64,000 bases of DNA. Source: Escherichia coli (GTDB taxonomy: Bacteria > Pseudomonadota > Gammaproteobacteria > Enterobacterales > Enterobacteriaceae). Of the stretch, positions 1 through 11,023 are shown piece by piece. The notes under the pieces are model-generated. The model had not been told where the DNA came from, searched no databases, and saw nothing but the letters and a program-made list of their open reading frames with translations. The stretch is taken from assembly GCF_024223415.1 (NCBI RefSeq), contig NZ_CP100500.1, one strand, 5' to 3'. Position 1 is the first letter of the stretch. The number at the start of each line of letters is the position of its first letter. Made by a program: the position numbers and the translations under genes.

Positions 1-2
1 CT

Positions 3-314
3 TATTATTATTCCGGCATCAGCGACATTTTGACGCTCGACGAAACCATCAAACGTAATCCGCAGGCGCTGGTACAGCTTTGCCTCGGTGCCTTTAAAGC
101 CGGAATGCGTGAATTTACCGCCAATGTCAGCGGTAACGATCTGGTTCGCGTTACCGGTTATATGGTGCGTTTGTCAGATTTAGAAAAATATCGCGCCGAA
201 GGTTCACGCACCAACACCACCTGGCTGGGCGAAGAAGCCGCACGCAACACTCGTATTCTGGAACGCCAGCCGCGCGTGATAAGCCATGAACAGCAGATGC
301 GCTTTAGTCAGTAA
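3..314 (+). CDS. yjjI: YjjI (DUF3029, glycine-radical-enzyme-like), 3' end only; 5' end lies before the window
   Basis: Frame is open from the window edge to the stop at 312-314; sits directly upstream of the yjjW activase as in E. coli. Confidence 0.75.
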   Translation, partial: YYYSGISDILTLDETIKRNPQALVQLCLGAFKAGMREFTANVSGNDLVRVTGYMVRLSDLEKYRAEGSRTNTTWLGEEAARNTRILERQPRVISHEQQMRFSQ

Positions 315-1149
315 GATTATCCCCTTCTCCTGCGTTGACGGGCCAGGCAGTCGTCTGGCTCTGTTTTTGCAGGGCTGCAATCTGCGCTGCAAAAACTGTC
401 ACAATCCGTGGACGATGGGACGTTGCAATGACTGTGGGGAGTGCGTGCCGCAGTGTCCGCATCAGGCGTTGCAGATTGTTGACGGCAAAGTGGTGTGGAA
501 CGCTGTGGTTTGCGAGCAGTGTGATACCTGCCTGAAGATGTGTCCGCAACATGCCACACCAATGGCGCAATCCATGAGCGTGGACGAAGTGCTTAGCCAT
601 GTCCGCAAAGCAGTGCTGTTTATCGAAGGGATAACGGTGAGTGGCGGTGAAGCCACGACCCAGCTGCCGTTTGTGGTGGCGCTGTTTACTGCTATCAAAA
701 ACGATCCGCAACTGTGCCATCTCACCTGCCTCGTGGACAGTAACGGTATGTTGAGCGAAACCGGCTGGGAAAAATTACTCCCGGTGTGCGACGGCGCGAT
801 GCTCGATCTCAAAGCGTGGGGGAGCGAATGTCATCAACAATTAACCGGACGCGATAATCAGCAGATTAAGCGCAGCATCTGTTTGCTGGCAGAGCGCGGT
901 AAGCTGGCGGAACTGCGTTTGCTGGTAATCCCTGGCCAAGTGGATTATTTGCAACACATCGAAGAACTGGCGGCGTTTATCAAGGGAGTCGGCGATGTTC
1001 CGGTACGCCTGAACGCGTTTCATGCCCACGGCGTGTATGGCGAGGCGCAAAGCTGGGCGAGCGCCACGCCGGAAGACGTTGAGCCGTTGGCTGATGCGTT
1101 AAAGGTGCGCGGGGTGAGCCGGTTGATATTTCCGGCGCTCTATTTGTGA
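286..1149 (+). CDS. yjjW: Glycyl-radical enzyme activating protein (radical SAM)
   Basis: 287-aa ORF with radical-SAM CX3CX2C motif (CNLRCKNC) and a second Cys cluster; ATG at 286 overlaps the yjjI 3' end. Confidence 0.9.
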   Translation: MNSRCALVSKIIPFSCVDGPGSRLALFLQGCNLRCKNCHNPWTMGRCNDCGECVPQCPHQALQIVDGKVVWNAVVCEQCDTCLKMCPQHATPMAQSMSVDEVLSHVRKAVLFIEGITVSGGEATTQLPFVVALFTAIKNDPQLCHLTCLVDSNGMLSETGWEKLLPVCDGAMLDLKAWGSECHQQLTGRDNQQIKRSICLLAERGKLAELRLLVIPGQVDYLQHIEELAAFIKGVGDVPVRLNAFHAHGVYGEAQSWASATPEDVEPLADALKVRGVSRLIFPALYL

Positions 1150-1575
1150 CATGCCGGATACGGCCTACGGTTCGGCACAGACTTGTAGGCCTGATAAGAC
1201 GCGTCAAGCGTCGCATCAGGCATTGTGCGCCAACTGCCGGATGCGGCGTGAACGCCTTATCCGGCCTACGGTTCGGCACAAACCTGTAGGCATGATAAGA
1301 CGCGACAAGCGTCGCATCAGGCATTGTGCGCCGACTGCCGGATGCGGCGTGAACGCCTTATCCGGCCTACGGTTCGGCACAGACTTGTAGGCATGATAAG
1401 ACGCGACAAGCGTCGCATCAGGCATTGTGCGCCAACTGCCGGATGCGGCGTGAACGCCTTATCCGGCCTACGGTTCGGCACAAACCTGTAGGCATGATAA
1501 GACGCGTTAAGCGTCGCATCAGGCATTGTGCGCCAACTGCCGGATGCGGCGTGAACGCCTTATCCGGCCTACGGC
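1150..1575. repeat. BIME/REP array, about four tandem copies of a 101-bp unit
   Basis: The motif ccggatgcggcgtgaacgccttatccggcctacgg recurs at 1237, 1338, 1439 and 1540 (period 101 bp); near-identical 69-aa shadow ORFs are offset by 101 bp. Confidence 0.9.
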
Positions 1576-2348
1576 ACGTTAAACAACGTATACGTGTTAT
1601 TAAGCAACGCTTGCGCAATCTCATCCGCCGGTTCCCGGCGCAACTCGCAAAGCACGGCAAACACACGGGCAGCATGCTCCGGGCGGTTAGGCTGCCCCTG
1701 AAAGCCGTTGAGCGGCATATCCGGCGCGTCGGTTTCCAGCAACAACGATGCCAGCGGTAATTTTGCGATGACATCGCGGGTTTTACTGGCGCGTGGATAG
1801 GTGATAGTACCGCCTACGCCGATTTTGTAGCCCAGCTGTACAAACCGTTCAGCCTGTTGCTGGCTGCCAGAAAATCCGTGGACAACACCAGCACGCGGCA
1901 AATCGTGGCGTTTAAGATGCATCGCCAGTTTGTCGTGTGTGCGCCGTGAATGCAGGATCACCGGCAGATCGTAGCGTTTCGCCAGTTTCAGTTGTTCGTC
2001 GAGCAACCACTGCTGCCTCTCAAATTGCGGATCGTCGCCAAAGAGATCCAGACCGATCTCCCCCACCGCCACCACCTTCGCCGGACGCCTTTGCAGCGCC
2101 TGCTGTAGCTGCTCAAGAGACACATCGCTATGTTTTTCCAACATACCAGGATGCAAGCCCAATGCGGCATACAGCGGTTGATAATTTTCCGCTAACGCCT
2201 GCACGCGGGCAAAATTTTCCGCCTCTGTCGCCGGAACAATGATCTTGCCTACGCCCGCTTGTGCCGCGCGTTGCAGGCTGGCCTCTTCATCGCCACTAAA
2301 CGGCGGGAAATCAAAATGGCAGTGGGTGTCGATAAAACGGCAAATCAA
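1569..2348 (-). CDS. yjjV: TatD-family metal-dependent hydrolase
   Basis: 259-aa ORF starting MICRFIDTHCHFDF (TatD-type HxH motif); synteny. Confidence 0.9.
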   Translation of the reverse strand: MICRFIDTHCHFDFPPFSGDEEASLQRAAQAGVGKIIVPATEAENFARVQALAENYQPLYAALGLHPGMLEKHSDVSLEQLQQALQRRPAKVVAVGEIGLDLFGDDPQFERQQWLLDEQLKLAKRYDLPVILHSRRTHDKLAMHLKRHDLPRAGVVHGFSGSQQQAERFVQLGYKIGVGGTITYPRASKTRDVIAKLPLASLLLETDAPDMPLNGFQGQPNRPEHAARVFAVLCELRREPADEIAQALLNNTYTLFNVP

Positions 2349-3454
2349 GCCAGATCCTCATTGTTAAATGTCGGGTCGTTCGCCTGCGGAGCGTCGATCA
2401 CTTCGGCAACCAGTGTATCGTTGGCGACTGGCGCAGGCGGAATGACAATCGATTCCGGCGTCACCACTGGCACCAGATGGCGGGTAAGCGGCGCTTTTTC
2501 AGTTAATAGCTTGCCAACCGTTGCCAGGAAATAACGACCGCATAAACGCCCAAGTTTATAGTCTTCGCGCAGCGCCGGAATCCGACTGCCAAGCGCGATA
2601 CTATGTAATGGCTTCGGCGGATAAATTTCGAATATCCGCAGCTTGCCCGGTGGTTTCTCAATAAATTGCTGAATGTCACGATAGCTGGTTTCATGATGCT
2701 GCACCAGATTGACCAGCGGCTGCAGGCTACTGTCACCCAGCCAGCGTTCCATGCGTTTGAACCACTGCGGCGTGTAGTACATTTGTGACGGCACAGTGCG
2801 GATGACGACCAACGTTTTAGCGCCCTGCCTTGCCGCCTCTTTAACCGGAATCGCATCACTGATCCCGCCATCCAGGTAGTTAATGCCTTCCAGCGACACT
2901 CCGCTACGATAAAAGCCAGGTATCGCACTGGAGGCGCGAATCACATCCAGCCAGTTTTGTTTGGTTGGTAAAAAGTAATTCGGCGCGTAGTCATCCTGAC
3001 GACAGGCGCACATATAAAACGATTTGCCGCTGTCAAACAACCGCGCGGCGGTATCCATTTGCAACGGCATCTGGCTTGCGGTGGCCTCCACCAGCCAGTC
3101 GAGATCGATAAGATTTCCTCCACGGACAAAGCGCAATGGATCGAAAAATTCGCGTTTTGTGGTATAGCGCATGATGACTTTGCGCGCGTAACCGGGCTGA
3201 TTGCAGATAAACGCCGAGAGGTTCTGCGCCCCGGCAGATGTGCCGAGATAAAGATCGAAAGGATTAAACTGCGCGCGCATAAACTCATCCAGCACGCCAG
3301 CCGTGAAAATTCCACGCTGCCCGCCGCCTTCGCACACCAGAGCTATTCGTCCAGGCTGGAACGGCCTTAGCGACAACGGCGCAATATTACCAAGCGTTAC
3401 AGGTATTCGCTGCCCCACTTCTGCCTTCCTGTTTTTGTTGTGAAAGAAAGACAA
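2345..3454 (-). CDS. yjjU: Patatin-like phospholipase
   Basis: ORF with GXSXG lipase motif (GTSAG); its 3' end overlaps the yjjV start; true start may be a few codons downstream. Confidence 0.85.
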   Translation of the reverse strand: MSFFHNKNRKAEVGQRIPVTLGNIAPLSLRPFQPGRIALVCEGGGQRGIFTAGVLDEFMRAQFNPFDLYLGTSAGAQNLSAFICNQPGYARKVIMRYTTKREFFDPLRFVRGGNLIDLDWLVEATASQMPLQMDTAARLFDSGKSFYMCACRQDDYAPNYFLPTKQNWLDVIRASSAIPGFYRSGVSLEGINYLDGGISDAIPVKEAARQGAKTLVVIRTVPSQMYYTPQWFKRMERWLGDSSLQPLVNLVQHHETSYRDIQQFIEKPPGKLRIFEIYPPKPLHSIALGSRIPALREDYKLGRLCGRYFLATVGKLLTEKAPLTRHLVPVVTPESIVIPPAPVANDTLVAEVIDAPQANDPTFNNEDLA

Positions 3455-3539
3455 AGTAACGCAATTTATTATTCGCTAAAACCGCAAAAGCCAGTCCGCT
3501 GGACTGGCTTTGGATAAAATTTTCTTAATGGTCTGAAAT

Positions 3540-3701
3540 CTAGGGTCGTTTTCGGCCCATGAACAAACTCACCAGGAACAGAATAATCCCGACGACAAAG
3601 ACAATTTTAGCTGCGCCTGCAGCGGTACCGGCCAGACCACCAAACCCAAGTGCGGCGGCGATTAACGCGATAACCAGAAATATGATGCCCCAACGAAACA
3701 T
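3540..3701 (-). CDS. ytjA: Small membrane protein YtjA (53 aa)
   Basis: Hydrophobic small [23 protein letters not shown]...; start placed at the internal Met of the 63-aa track ORF. Confidence 0.8.
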
Positions 3702-3827
3702 AAGCGTCTCCTTTACCATAGTTAATGTCACCGCTTGATATGAGCGTGAAAATCACTCAATGCGATATTTTTAGTGTGGTGCACATCGCGCCTCCCGACA
3801 AAGTTCGGGAGGACGAATTACGACGAA

Positions 3828-4433
3828 TTACTTAGTTTTCAGATCATTTTTAACGCTTTTCACACCATCTACCGCTTTGGCGATACTTTCAGCACGGTCA
3901 CTTTGTGCCTGAGAATCTACGGTACCGGAGAGCTGAACCACGCCATCGGTGGTTTCAACTTTCACTTTACGTGAAGGGACGATATCGTCCGCCAGCAGTT
4001 TGGCTTTGATTTCACTGGTGGTGGCGGTGTCACCCGCGTAGCCCTTCACCGAGCCTTCTTTAGCGTCGCGAACGTGCAGTTTGTCGCTGACAGAGGTCAC
4101 GCCTTCAACGCCTTTCGCCACTTTCACTGCCTCTTCGGCCTGGGCCTGACTTTCAACGAAACCGCTCAGGGTCACGACTTTTTGATCGGTTTTGACAGAG
4201 ATATCGGTGCTCTTGATGTTGTCATGATCCACCAGCGCCGCCTTCACTTTCGCGGTGATGGCGCTGTCATCCATGAAATTACCGACTTTATTCATAGAGC
4301 TATCGACTTTTTGCCCTGCGCTTTCATTGGTAGTCTGCGCGTTGTTTTCCGCGTAGGCAGAGCCGGTCGCGACGGCAGAGGTCAACATTACAGCCAGCAG
4401 AGTTTTCGAAATCTTCAGTCTTGTCATAGTCAT
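3828..4433 (-). CDS. osmY: Osmotically inducible periplasmic protein OsmY (BON domains)
   Basis: Signal peptide plus two BON-like repeats; start at internal ATG ([10 protein letters not shown]), 201 aa. Confidence 0.95.
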   Translation of the reverse strand: MTMTRLKISKTLLAVMLTSAVATGSAYAENNAQTTNESAGQKVDSSMNKVGNFMDDSAITAKVKAALVDHDNIKSTDISVKTDQKVVTLSGFVESQAQAEEAVKVAKGVEGVTSVSDKLHVRDAKEGSVKGYAGDTATTSEIKAKLLADDIVPSRKVKVETTDGVVQLSGTVDSQAQSDRAESIAKAVDGVKSVKNDLKTK

Positions 4434-4825
4434 CGATTTATTCCTGTATGTTTGCTCGTAATTTGAGCCTGGCAACACGAGGTTGCATTGCTGAATAGGG
4501 AGAGACTTCACCCTCTACAGAAGTCAATGGTCGCCATCACAAAAGCGATGGGTGATGAATAACGACCATTACAGCCTCTGAATCAGTTATTAATATCGGT
4601 AGAATGACAATCGACGGCTTTAGATACTGATATCTACGCATTGAACGGTATTTAACGCCGTCAGAAATGTCATCACTTTGTTAAATATAGATCACAATTT
4701 TGAAACCGCTCGGGATATCAGCGAAAACATAAGCAAAAGTGAATGTTTTAAGAACATTCCGTAAGCGGCTAATAAGGAAGGGAAATTGACAGGGCGCAGC
4801 GGCTACCGCGCCCTGGAGGCAAGAA

Positions 4826-6415
4826 TTAATGCTCGCGGGTCTGGTGGAACTGAACGTCCGGATAACGTTCCTGCGCCAGGCGCAGATTGACCATGCTGGT
4901 AGCGATGTAAGCGAGGTTATCGCCGCCATCAAGCGCCAGTTGGCTTTCGTTCTTACGCTTGAACTCTTCGAATTTCTTCGCGTCCGCACATTCTACCCAC
5001 CGGGCGGTAGCAACGTTGACTGATTCATATACTGCTTCAACGTTGTATTCGCTCTTCAGGCGCGCTACCACCACATCAAACTGCAGCACACCAACCGCAC
5101 CAACGATCAGATCGTTGTTGGAGATTGGACGGAACACCTGCACCGCGCCCTCTTCGGAAAGCTGTACCAGCCCTTTGAGCAGCTGTTTTTGCTTCAGCGG
5201 ATCTTTCAGGCGGATACGACGGAACAGTTCTGGTGCGAAGTTCGGAATACCGGTGAACTTCATCATCTCACCCTGGGTAAAGGTGTCGCCGATCTGAATG
5301 GTGCCGTGGTTGTGCAGGCCGAGGATATCGCCCGGATACGCTTCTTCAACGTGCGAACGGTCACCCGCCATAAAGGTCAGCGCGTCGGAGATCACCACAT
5401 CTTTCGCAGTGCGCACCTGGCGCAGTTTCATGCCTTTTTCATATTTACCGGACACCACACGCATAAACGCCACGCGGTCGCGGTGTTTCGGGTCCATGTT
5501 GGCCTGAATTTTAAATACGAAGCCGGTAAATTTATCTTCGCTCGCTTCTACGGTACGGGTATCAGTCTGACGCGGCATCGGCGCAGGTGCCCACTCCACC
5601 AGGCCATCCAACATATGATCGACGCCGAAGTTACCCAGCGCAGTACCGAAGAATACCGGAGTGATTTCGCCCGCAAGGAACAGCTCTTTGTCGAACTCGT
5701 TAGACGCGCCTTTCACCAGTTCCAGTTCGTCACGCAGCTGCTGTGCCAGATCTTCACCAACCGCAGCATCGAGATCCGGGTTATTCAGCCCTTTAACAAT
5801 GCGGACTTCCTGAATAGTGTGCCCTTTACCGCTCTGATAGAGATAGGTTTCGTCTTTATAAAGGTGGTAAACGCCTTTAAACAGCTTGCCGCAGCCAATC
5901 GGCCAGGTGATCGGCGCACAGCCGATTTTCAGCTCGTTCTCAACTTCATCGAGCAGCTCCATCGGGTCGCGGATATCACGGTCAAGTTTGTTCATAAAGG
6001 TGAGGATCGGCGTGTCGCGCAGACGGGTAACTTCCATCAGCTTACGGGTACGATCTTCAACACCTTTTGCGGCGTCGATAACCATCAGGCAGCAGTCCAC
6101 CGCCGTCAGGGTACGATAGGTATCTTCCGAGAAGTCTTCGTGCCCCGGGGTGTCGAGCAGGTTAACCAGGCAATCGTGATACGGAAACTGCATCACAGAC
6201 GTAGTAATGGAGATCCCACGCTGCTTTTCCATCTCCATCCAGTCCGACTTAGCGTGCTGGTTGGAACCACGGCCTTTTACTGTACCGGCGGTCTGAATGG
6301 CCTGTCCGAACAGCAGCACCTTCTCGGTGATGGTAGTCTTACCGGCGTCCGGGTGAGAAATAATGGCAAAAGTGCGGCGCTTCGCCACCTCTTGCAAATA
6401 AGGAGACAACGTCAT
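4826..6415 (-). CDS. prfC: Peptide chain release factor 3 (GTPase)
   Basis: P-loop [12 protein letters not shown], translational GTPase architecture; start at [10 protein letters not shown] inside the 538-aa track ORF. Confidence 0.95.
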
Positions 6416-6505
6416 AATTCTTTCTTCTTGAGTAAGCGGCATCGCGCCGCGCTTGTTGAAAACGAAAAATTGCGGCTATTTTACCCATCAACGGGGGGGA
6501 GGCAA

Positions 6506-7183
6506 TCAGTGTTTACACAGGAGCTGCTCCAGTTCGTGCAACGAAGAAACGGTCCAGGTGGGCGCGATGCCTTCTGGTTGCTCGCGATGGTGTGCATTCA
6601 GCCAGCAGGTCGCAAGCCCGGCGTTGATGCCACCGAGAATATCGGACTCGGCAGTGTCGCCAACCATCAGCACGCGTGAACGGTCAGGATTGCCCGCCTG
6701 TTCCAGCGCATAATCGAAAATTTTCTTATTCGGTTTGGCAACGCCAACTTCTTCGGAAATCACCAGCAAATCGAAGTAATCACGCAGGCCCGTGCGTTCC
6801 AGACGCACCTGTTGCAAGGCACTAAAGCCGTTGGTGATGATGCCGATTTTGGCGTTGCCACGAATGGCGTTAAGCAGAGAAACCGCGCCCGGCAGCGGCG
6901 TGCAGATTTCCGCCATCGCATTAATAAAGGCTTCGTTGAGTTTACCTGGCTCGACGTTCAGCCGTTCGGCCCAGCTCTCAAACCGCCCGTGCTGAAGCTG
7001 TAATGAAGTGATCGCGCCGTTTTGATAATCCACCCACAGTGGCTTGTTAACGGCCTGATAGTCCTGAAAATCTTCAGCGGTAAAGGTGACGCTGTAATCA
7101 AGAAACATCCGCTGCAGGCCGGTGAATGAGTCAAAGGTAAACAGCGTTTCATCGGCATCAAAGAAAATCCAGTCCCACTTCAT
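6506..7183 (-). CDS. yjjG: HAD-family pyrimidine 5'-nucleotidase
   Basis: 225-aa ORF with HAD motif I (FFDADETL); synteny. Confidence 0.9.
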
Positions 7184-7197
7184 TATTCCACCTTGTA

Positions 7198-7644
7198 TTA
7201 CATACTGATTGGCAACGCCATGATGATGGCGTCTTCGCGACCGTCCGTGGTGGGGTAGTAATTGCGGCGAATCGTCGCCTCGTTAAAGCCTAAACTTTCG
7301 TACAGGGCAATGGCGGCAGCGTTTGAAGCACGGACTTCCAGCCATAGTGTCGCCACGCCGCGTTTTTCCAGTTCGTCGATCAGATGTTCCAGCAGCGCCC
7401 TTCCCAATCCCTGACGCTGATAGTCAGGATCGACCGCAATATTGAACAATGTAGCTTCATCCAGCACCACTTGCGTAATCGCAAACGCCGCCATTTTGCC
7501 GTTTTGCGTTAACTGAAAGTTGAGATAACGCTCGCCCTGGTTGCTGGCAAACGTTTTTTCACTCCACGGAAAGGCGTGGGCGCGTTGTTCAATGTGGTAA
7601 GCCGCCGGTAAATCAGTCGTTTCGAGGGAAGAAATCGTGTTCAT
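7198..7644 (-). CDS. rimI: Ribosomal protein S18 alanine N-acetyltransferase (GNAT)
   Basis: 148-aa GNAT-fold ORF ([10 protein letters not shown] acetyl-CoA motif); synteny. Confidence 0.9.
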
Positions 7645-8026
7645 ATGTGCAAATTTGTTGCCATAACGCGGCGCGTGCCGTTGGGTTTGCCCGTAAATCG
7701 GTGAGCGCCGGTGATGCCACCTGAGCGCCTTCCAGTGATAGCGGTTCGTCAGTACCCAACCGCCAACTGTTGCAGCGACTGCCTTGCGGCAGCATCGCGA
7801 TTTTTTCTGGCGTCAGTTGCAGCACCTGGTCGGGGCTGACGGTTAATGCGCGCAGAACATCGCTCACTAAAGGATCAGTCAGGGCGGGAAGATCGTTTGC
7901 CACCATCACCAGACGGACGTGTGCCGGGATCGCAATGGCAATCTCCCCCTGCAACGCGCCAGGGCGACGCAGCGACCACTGGGTAATGCCCAGTTGCTGT
8001 AACTGCCAGTCTCGTCGGGATGTCAT
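7613..8026 (-). CDS. holD: DNA polymerase III psi subunit
   Basis: 137-aa ORF overlapping the rimI start (holD-rimI operon arrangement). Confidence 0.9.
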   Translation of the reverse strand: MTSRRDWQLQQLGITQWSLRRPGALQGEIAIAIPAHVRLVMVANDLPALTDPLVSDVLRALTVSPDQVLQLTPEKIAMLPQGSRCNSWRLGTDEPLSLEGAQVASPALTDLRANPTARAALWQQICTYEHDFFPRND

Positions 8027-8128
8027 AGCGAATCGCTCCTGTTGTCAGGGGCGCAAATATAGCAAATTCGTCGATACCGCGCCAACATATGGCTATAATC
8101 GCCGCCAGTATCAATTGAGGAGCATTCC

Positions 8129-9160
8129 ATGTCTGCATTTACCCCGGCAAGTGAAGTCTTGCTGCGTCACAGTGATGATTTCGAACAAAGCCGTATTCTG
8201 TTTGCCGGAGACTTACAGGATGACCTGCCCGCGCGTTTAGATACCGCGGCCAGCCGTGCTCATACCCAGCAATTCCACCACTGGCAGGTATTAAGCCGCC
8301 AGATGGGGGATAACGCCCGTTTCAGTCTGGTCGCCACGGCGGATGACGTCGCAGATTGCGATACGCTGATTTACTACTGGCCGAAGAACAAACCGGAAGC
8401 CCAGTTCCAGTTGATGAATTTACTTTCTCTGCTGCCAGTGGGGACAGATATTTTTGTCGTTGGCGAGAACCGCAGCGGCGTGCGCAGCGCCGAGCAGATG
8501 CTGGCAGATTATGCGCCGTTGAATAAAGTCGACAGCGCTCGTCGCTGTGGCCTCTATTTTGGTCGTCTGGAAAAACAGCCGGTATTTGATGCGGAGAAAT
8601 TCTGGGGCGAATACAGCGTCGATGGCCTGACGGTCAAAACGCTGCCTGGCGTGTTTAGCCGCGACGGTCTGGATGTCGGTAGCCAGTTGCTGCTCTCGAC
8701 GTTAACTCCGCACACGAAAGGTAAAGTGCTGGATGTCGGCTGTGGCGCGGGCGTGCTTTCAGTTGCCTTTGCGCGCCATTCGCCGAAAATTCGTCTCACC
8801 TTGTGCGATGTCTCTGCCCCGGCGGTAGAAGCCAGCCGCGCAACACTTGCGGCCAACGGTGTTGAAGGTGAAGTCTTTGCCAGCAACGTCTTTTCCGAGG
8901 TGAAAGGTCGTTTTGATATGATCATCTCCAACCCGCCGTTCCACGATGGGATGCAAACCAGCCTGGATGCGGCGCAAACGCTGATTCGCGGTGCGGTGCG
9001 TCATCTTAATAGCGGCGGCGAGCTGCGAATTGTAGCGAACGCCTTCCTGCCTTATCCGGACGTGCTGGATGAGACATTTGGCTTCCACGAAGTGATCGCG
9101 CAAACAGGGCGCTTCAAGGTGTATCGCGCCATTATGACCCGCCAGGCGAAGAAAGGTTAA
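8129..9160 (+). CDS. rsmC: 16S rRNA m2G1207 methyltransferase
   Basis: 343-aa ORF with SAM-binding [11 protein letters not shown] and NPPFH motifs. Confidence 0.9.
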   Translation: MSAFTPASEVLLRHSDDFEQSRILFAGDLQDDLPARLDTAASRAHTQQFHHWQVLSRQMGDNARFSLVATADDVADCDTLIYYWPKNKPEAQFQLMNLLSLLPVGTDIFVVGENRSGVRSAEQMLADYAPLNKVDSARRCGLYFGRLEKQPVFDAEKFWGEYSVDGLTVKTLPGVFSRDGLDVGSQLLLSTLTPHTKGKVLDVGCGAGVLSVAFARHSPKIRLTLCDVSAPAVEASRATLAANGVEGEVFASNVFSEVKGRFDMIISNPPFHDGMQTSLDAAQTLIRGAVRHLNSGGELRIVANAFLPYPDVLDETFGFHEVIAQTGRFKVYRAIMTRQAKKG

Positions 9161-9170
9161 TTATCTCGCC

Positions 9171-9340
<170 letters not shown>

Positions 9341-9391
9341 TCTCCTGATGAACATTTTTCCAGCAATTACATCTCCGGCGATAATTAACTA

Positions 9392-9419
9392 TTGACGAAA
9401 AGCTGAAAACCACTAGAAT
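9392..9419 (+). promoter_or_regulatory. Sigma70 promoter of the leuQPV tRNA operon
   Basis: TTGACG, 16-bp spacer, TAGAAT, followed by GC-rich discriminator gcgcctcc about 40 bp before the first tRNA. Confidence 0.6.
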
Positions 9420-9460
9420 GCGCCTCCGTGGTAGCAATTCTTTTTAAGAATTGATGGTAT

Positions 9461-9547
9461 GCGAAGGTGGCGGAATTGGTAGACGCGCTAGCTTCAGGTG
9501 TTAGTGTCCTTACGGACGTGGGGGTTCAAGTCCCCCCCCTCGCACCA
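9461..9547 (+). tRNA. leuQ: tRNA-Leu(CAG), copy 1
   Basis: 87 nt GCGAAGGTGGCGGAATTGGTAGACGCG...; anticodon loop CTTCAGGTG; T-arm GGGGGTTCAAGTCCCCC; encoded CCA. Confidence 0.95.
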
Positions 9548-9575
9548 AAAACCACGTTGATATTGCTCGCACTGG

Positions 9576-9662
9576 GCGAAGGTGGCGGAATTGGTAGACG
9601 CGCTAGCTTCAGGTGTTAGTGTTCTTACGGACGTGGGGGTTCAAGTCCCCCCCCTCGCACCA
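9576..9662 (+). tRNA. leuP: tRNA-Leu(CAG), copy 2
   Basis: Same 87-nt sequence with one substitution (gttcttacgg instead of gtccttacgg in the variable arm). Confidence 0.95.
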
Positions 9663-9696
9663 AACGAGGCGATATCAAAAAAAGTAAGATGACTGT

Positions 9697-9782
9697 GCGA
9701 AGGTGGCGGAATTGGTAGACGCGCTAGCTTCAGGTGTTAGTGTCCTTACGGACGTGGGGGTTCAAGTCCCCCCCTCGCACCA
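9697..9782 (+). tRNA. leuV: tRNA-Leu(CAG), copy 3
   Basis: Same sequence, but the C-run before the 3' acceptor strand has 7 C instead of 8 (86 nt). Confidence 0.9.
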
Positions 9783-9820
9783 ATTATCTTTACTTCCTTT
9801 CTTGTTGCTTCCCTGTTTTA

Positions 9821-10057
9821 TCATCCCTGCCTCAAATTCATTATCATCAGCATGATGCCAGCAATAAGCGCCAGGCACGATGGTAGCAAAATGTAATGCC
9901 GTAACTGTTTGTGATACAGCATCACCGGCGTCAATATCAATCCCATCAGAATGACAATCCGCCACTGATCCGGCGATAAATCCGCATACATCAGCCCTGC
10001 AATCAGCAATCCCGGCAGCAACACTCCCCAGCCACTGCCCAGCGTACGTTGCAACAT
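9821..10057 (-). CDS. yjjZ: Small inner-membrane protein YjjZ (78 aa)
   Basis: Hydrophobic ORF MLQRTLGSGWGVLLPGLLIAG...; start at the internal Met of the 115-aa track ORF; Fur boxes immediately upstream. Confidence 0.7.
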   Translation of the reverse strand: MLQRTLGSGWGVLLPGLLIAGLMYADLSPDQWRIVILMGLILTPVMLYHKQLRHYILLPSCLALIAGIMLMIMNLRQG

Positions 10058-10075
10058 GGTTTCATCTCTTTCATT

Positions 10076-10115
10076 GATAATGATAACCAATATCATATGA
10101 TAATTTTTATCATTT
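10076..10115. promoter_or_regulatory. Fur boxes in the yjjZ/fhuF divergent region
   Basis: gataatgataaccaatatcatatgataatttttatcattt contains overlapping GATAAT/ATCATT hexamers of the Fur consensus. Confidence 0.6.
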
Positions 10116-10164
10116 GCAAGCCAGAGAAATCCCTTGCTATCGGGTAAACCTATCGCTAGGATTA

Positions 10165-10180
10165 GCAATCATTATCATTT
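10165..10180. promoter_or_regulatory. Fur box proximal to fhuF
   Basis: gcaatcattatcattt matches the ATAATCATTATC core of the Fur consensus, about 20 bp before the fhuF ATG. Confidence 0.55.
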
Positions 10181-10197
10181 AGATTACTATCCCGATT

Positions 10198-10986
10198 ATG
10201 GCCTATCGTTCCGCACCGCTCTATGAAGATATCATCTGGCGAACGCATCTCCAGCCACAGGATGCTAGGCTTGCACAAGCCGTACGTGCGACGATCGCCG
10301 AACATCGTGAACATTTGCTGGAGTTTATCCGCCTGGATGAACCCGCTCCGCTTAACGCCATGACGCTGGCGCAATGGTCATCACCGAATGCGCTAAGTTC
10401 TCTACTCGCGGTCTATTCCGATCATATCTATCGCAACCAACCAACGATGATCCGCGAGAACAAACCGCTGATCTCACTATGGGCACAATGGTATATCGGC
10501 CTGATGGTGCCACCATTAATGCTGGCGCTACTGACGCAGGAAAAAGCATTAGATGTGTCGCCGGAACATTTCCATGCTGAGTTTCACGAAACCGGACGCG
10601 TCGCCTGTTTCTGGGTCGATGTGTGTGAAGATAAAAACGCAACACCACATTCGCCGCAGCAGCGAATGGAAACGTTAATCAGCCAGGCGCTGGTTCCGGT
10701 TGTGCAGACACTAGAAGCGACCGGAGAGATCAACGGCAAACTTATCTGGAGTAATACCGGTTATTTGATCAACTGGTATCTTACTGAGATGAAGCAACTG
10801 CTCGGCGAGGCGACGGTTGAATCGCTGCGCCATGCCCTCTTTTTTGAGAAAACGCTTACTACCGGTGAAGATAATCCACTCTGGCGTACCGTGGTGCTAC
10901 GCGACGGCCTGCTGGTGCGCCGCACTTGCTGCCAGCGTTATCGCTTACCGGATGTGCAGCAATGTGGCGATTGTACGCTGAAATGA
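10198..10986 (+). CDS. fhuF: Ferric-siderophore reductase FhuF (2Fe-2S)
   Basis: 262-aa ORF with C-terminal C-C-x10-C-x2-C cluster (CCQRYRLPDVQQCGDC). Confidence 0.9.
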   Translation: MAYRSAPLYEDIIWRTHLQPQDARLAQAVRATIAEHREHLLEFIRLDEPAPLNAMTLAQWSSPNALSSLLAVYSDHIYRNQPTMIRENKPLISLWAQWYIGLMVPPLMLALLTQEKALDVSPEHFHAEFHETGRVACFWVDVCEDKNATPHSPQQRMETLISQALVPVVQTLEATGEINGKLIWSNTGYLINWYLTEMKQLLGEATVESLRHALFFEKTLTTGEDNPLWRTVVLRDGLLVRRTCCQRYRLPDVQQCGDCTLK

Positions 10987-11023
10987 AAGCACTGCCGGGG
11001 AAGTAAACCCGGCATCATGCGGA

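Noticed and set aside
1150-1575. Possible CRISPR array, given the regular 101-bp periodicity
   Set aside because: Whole units repeat with no unique spacers, the repeats are REP palindromes, and no cas genes are nearby.
1151-1774. Ladder of 69- to 118-aa ORFs on both strands within 1151-1774
   Set aside because: They are generated by the 101-bp BIME repeat (near-identical translations offset by one repeat unit) and have no RBS or coding signal.
5189-6679. 496-aa plus-strand ORF
   Set aside because: Lies entirely antisense to prfC; it is a shadow ORF with low-complexity translation.
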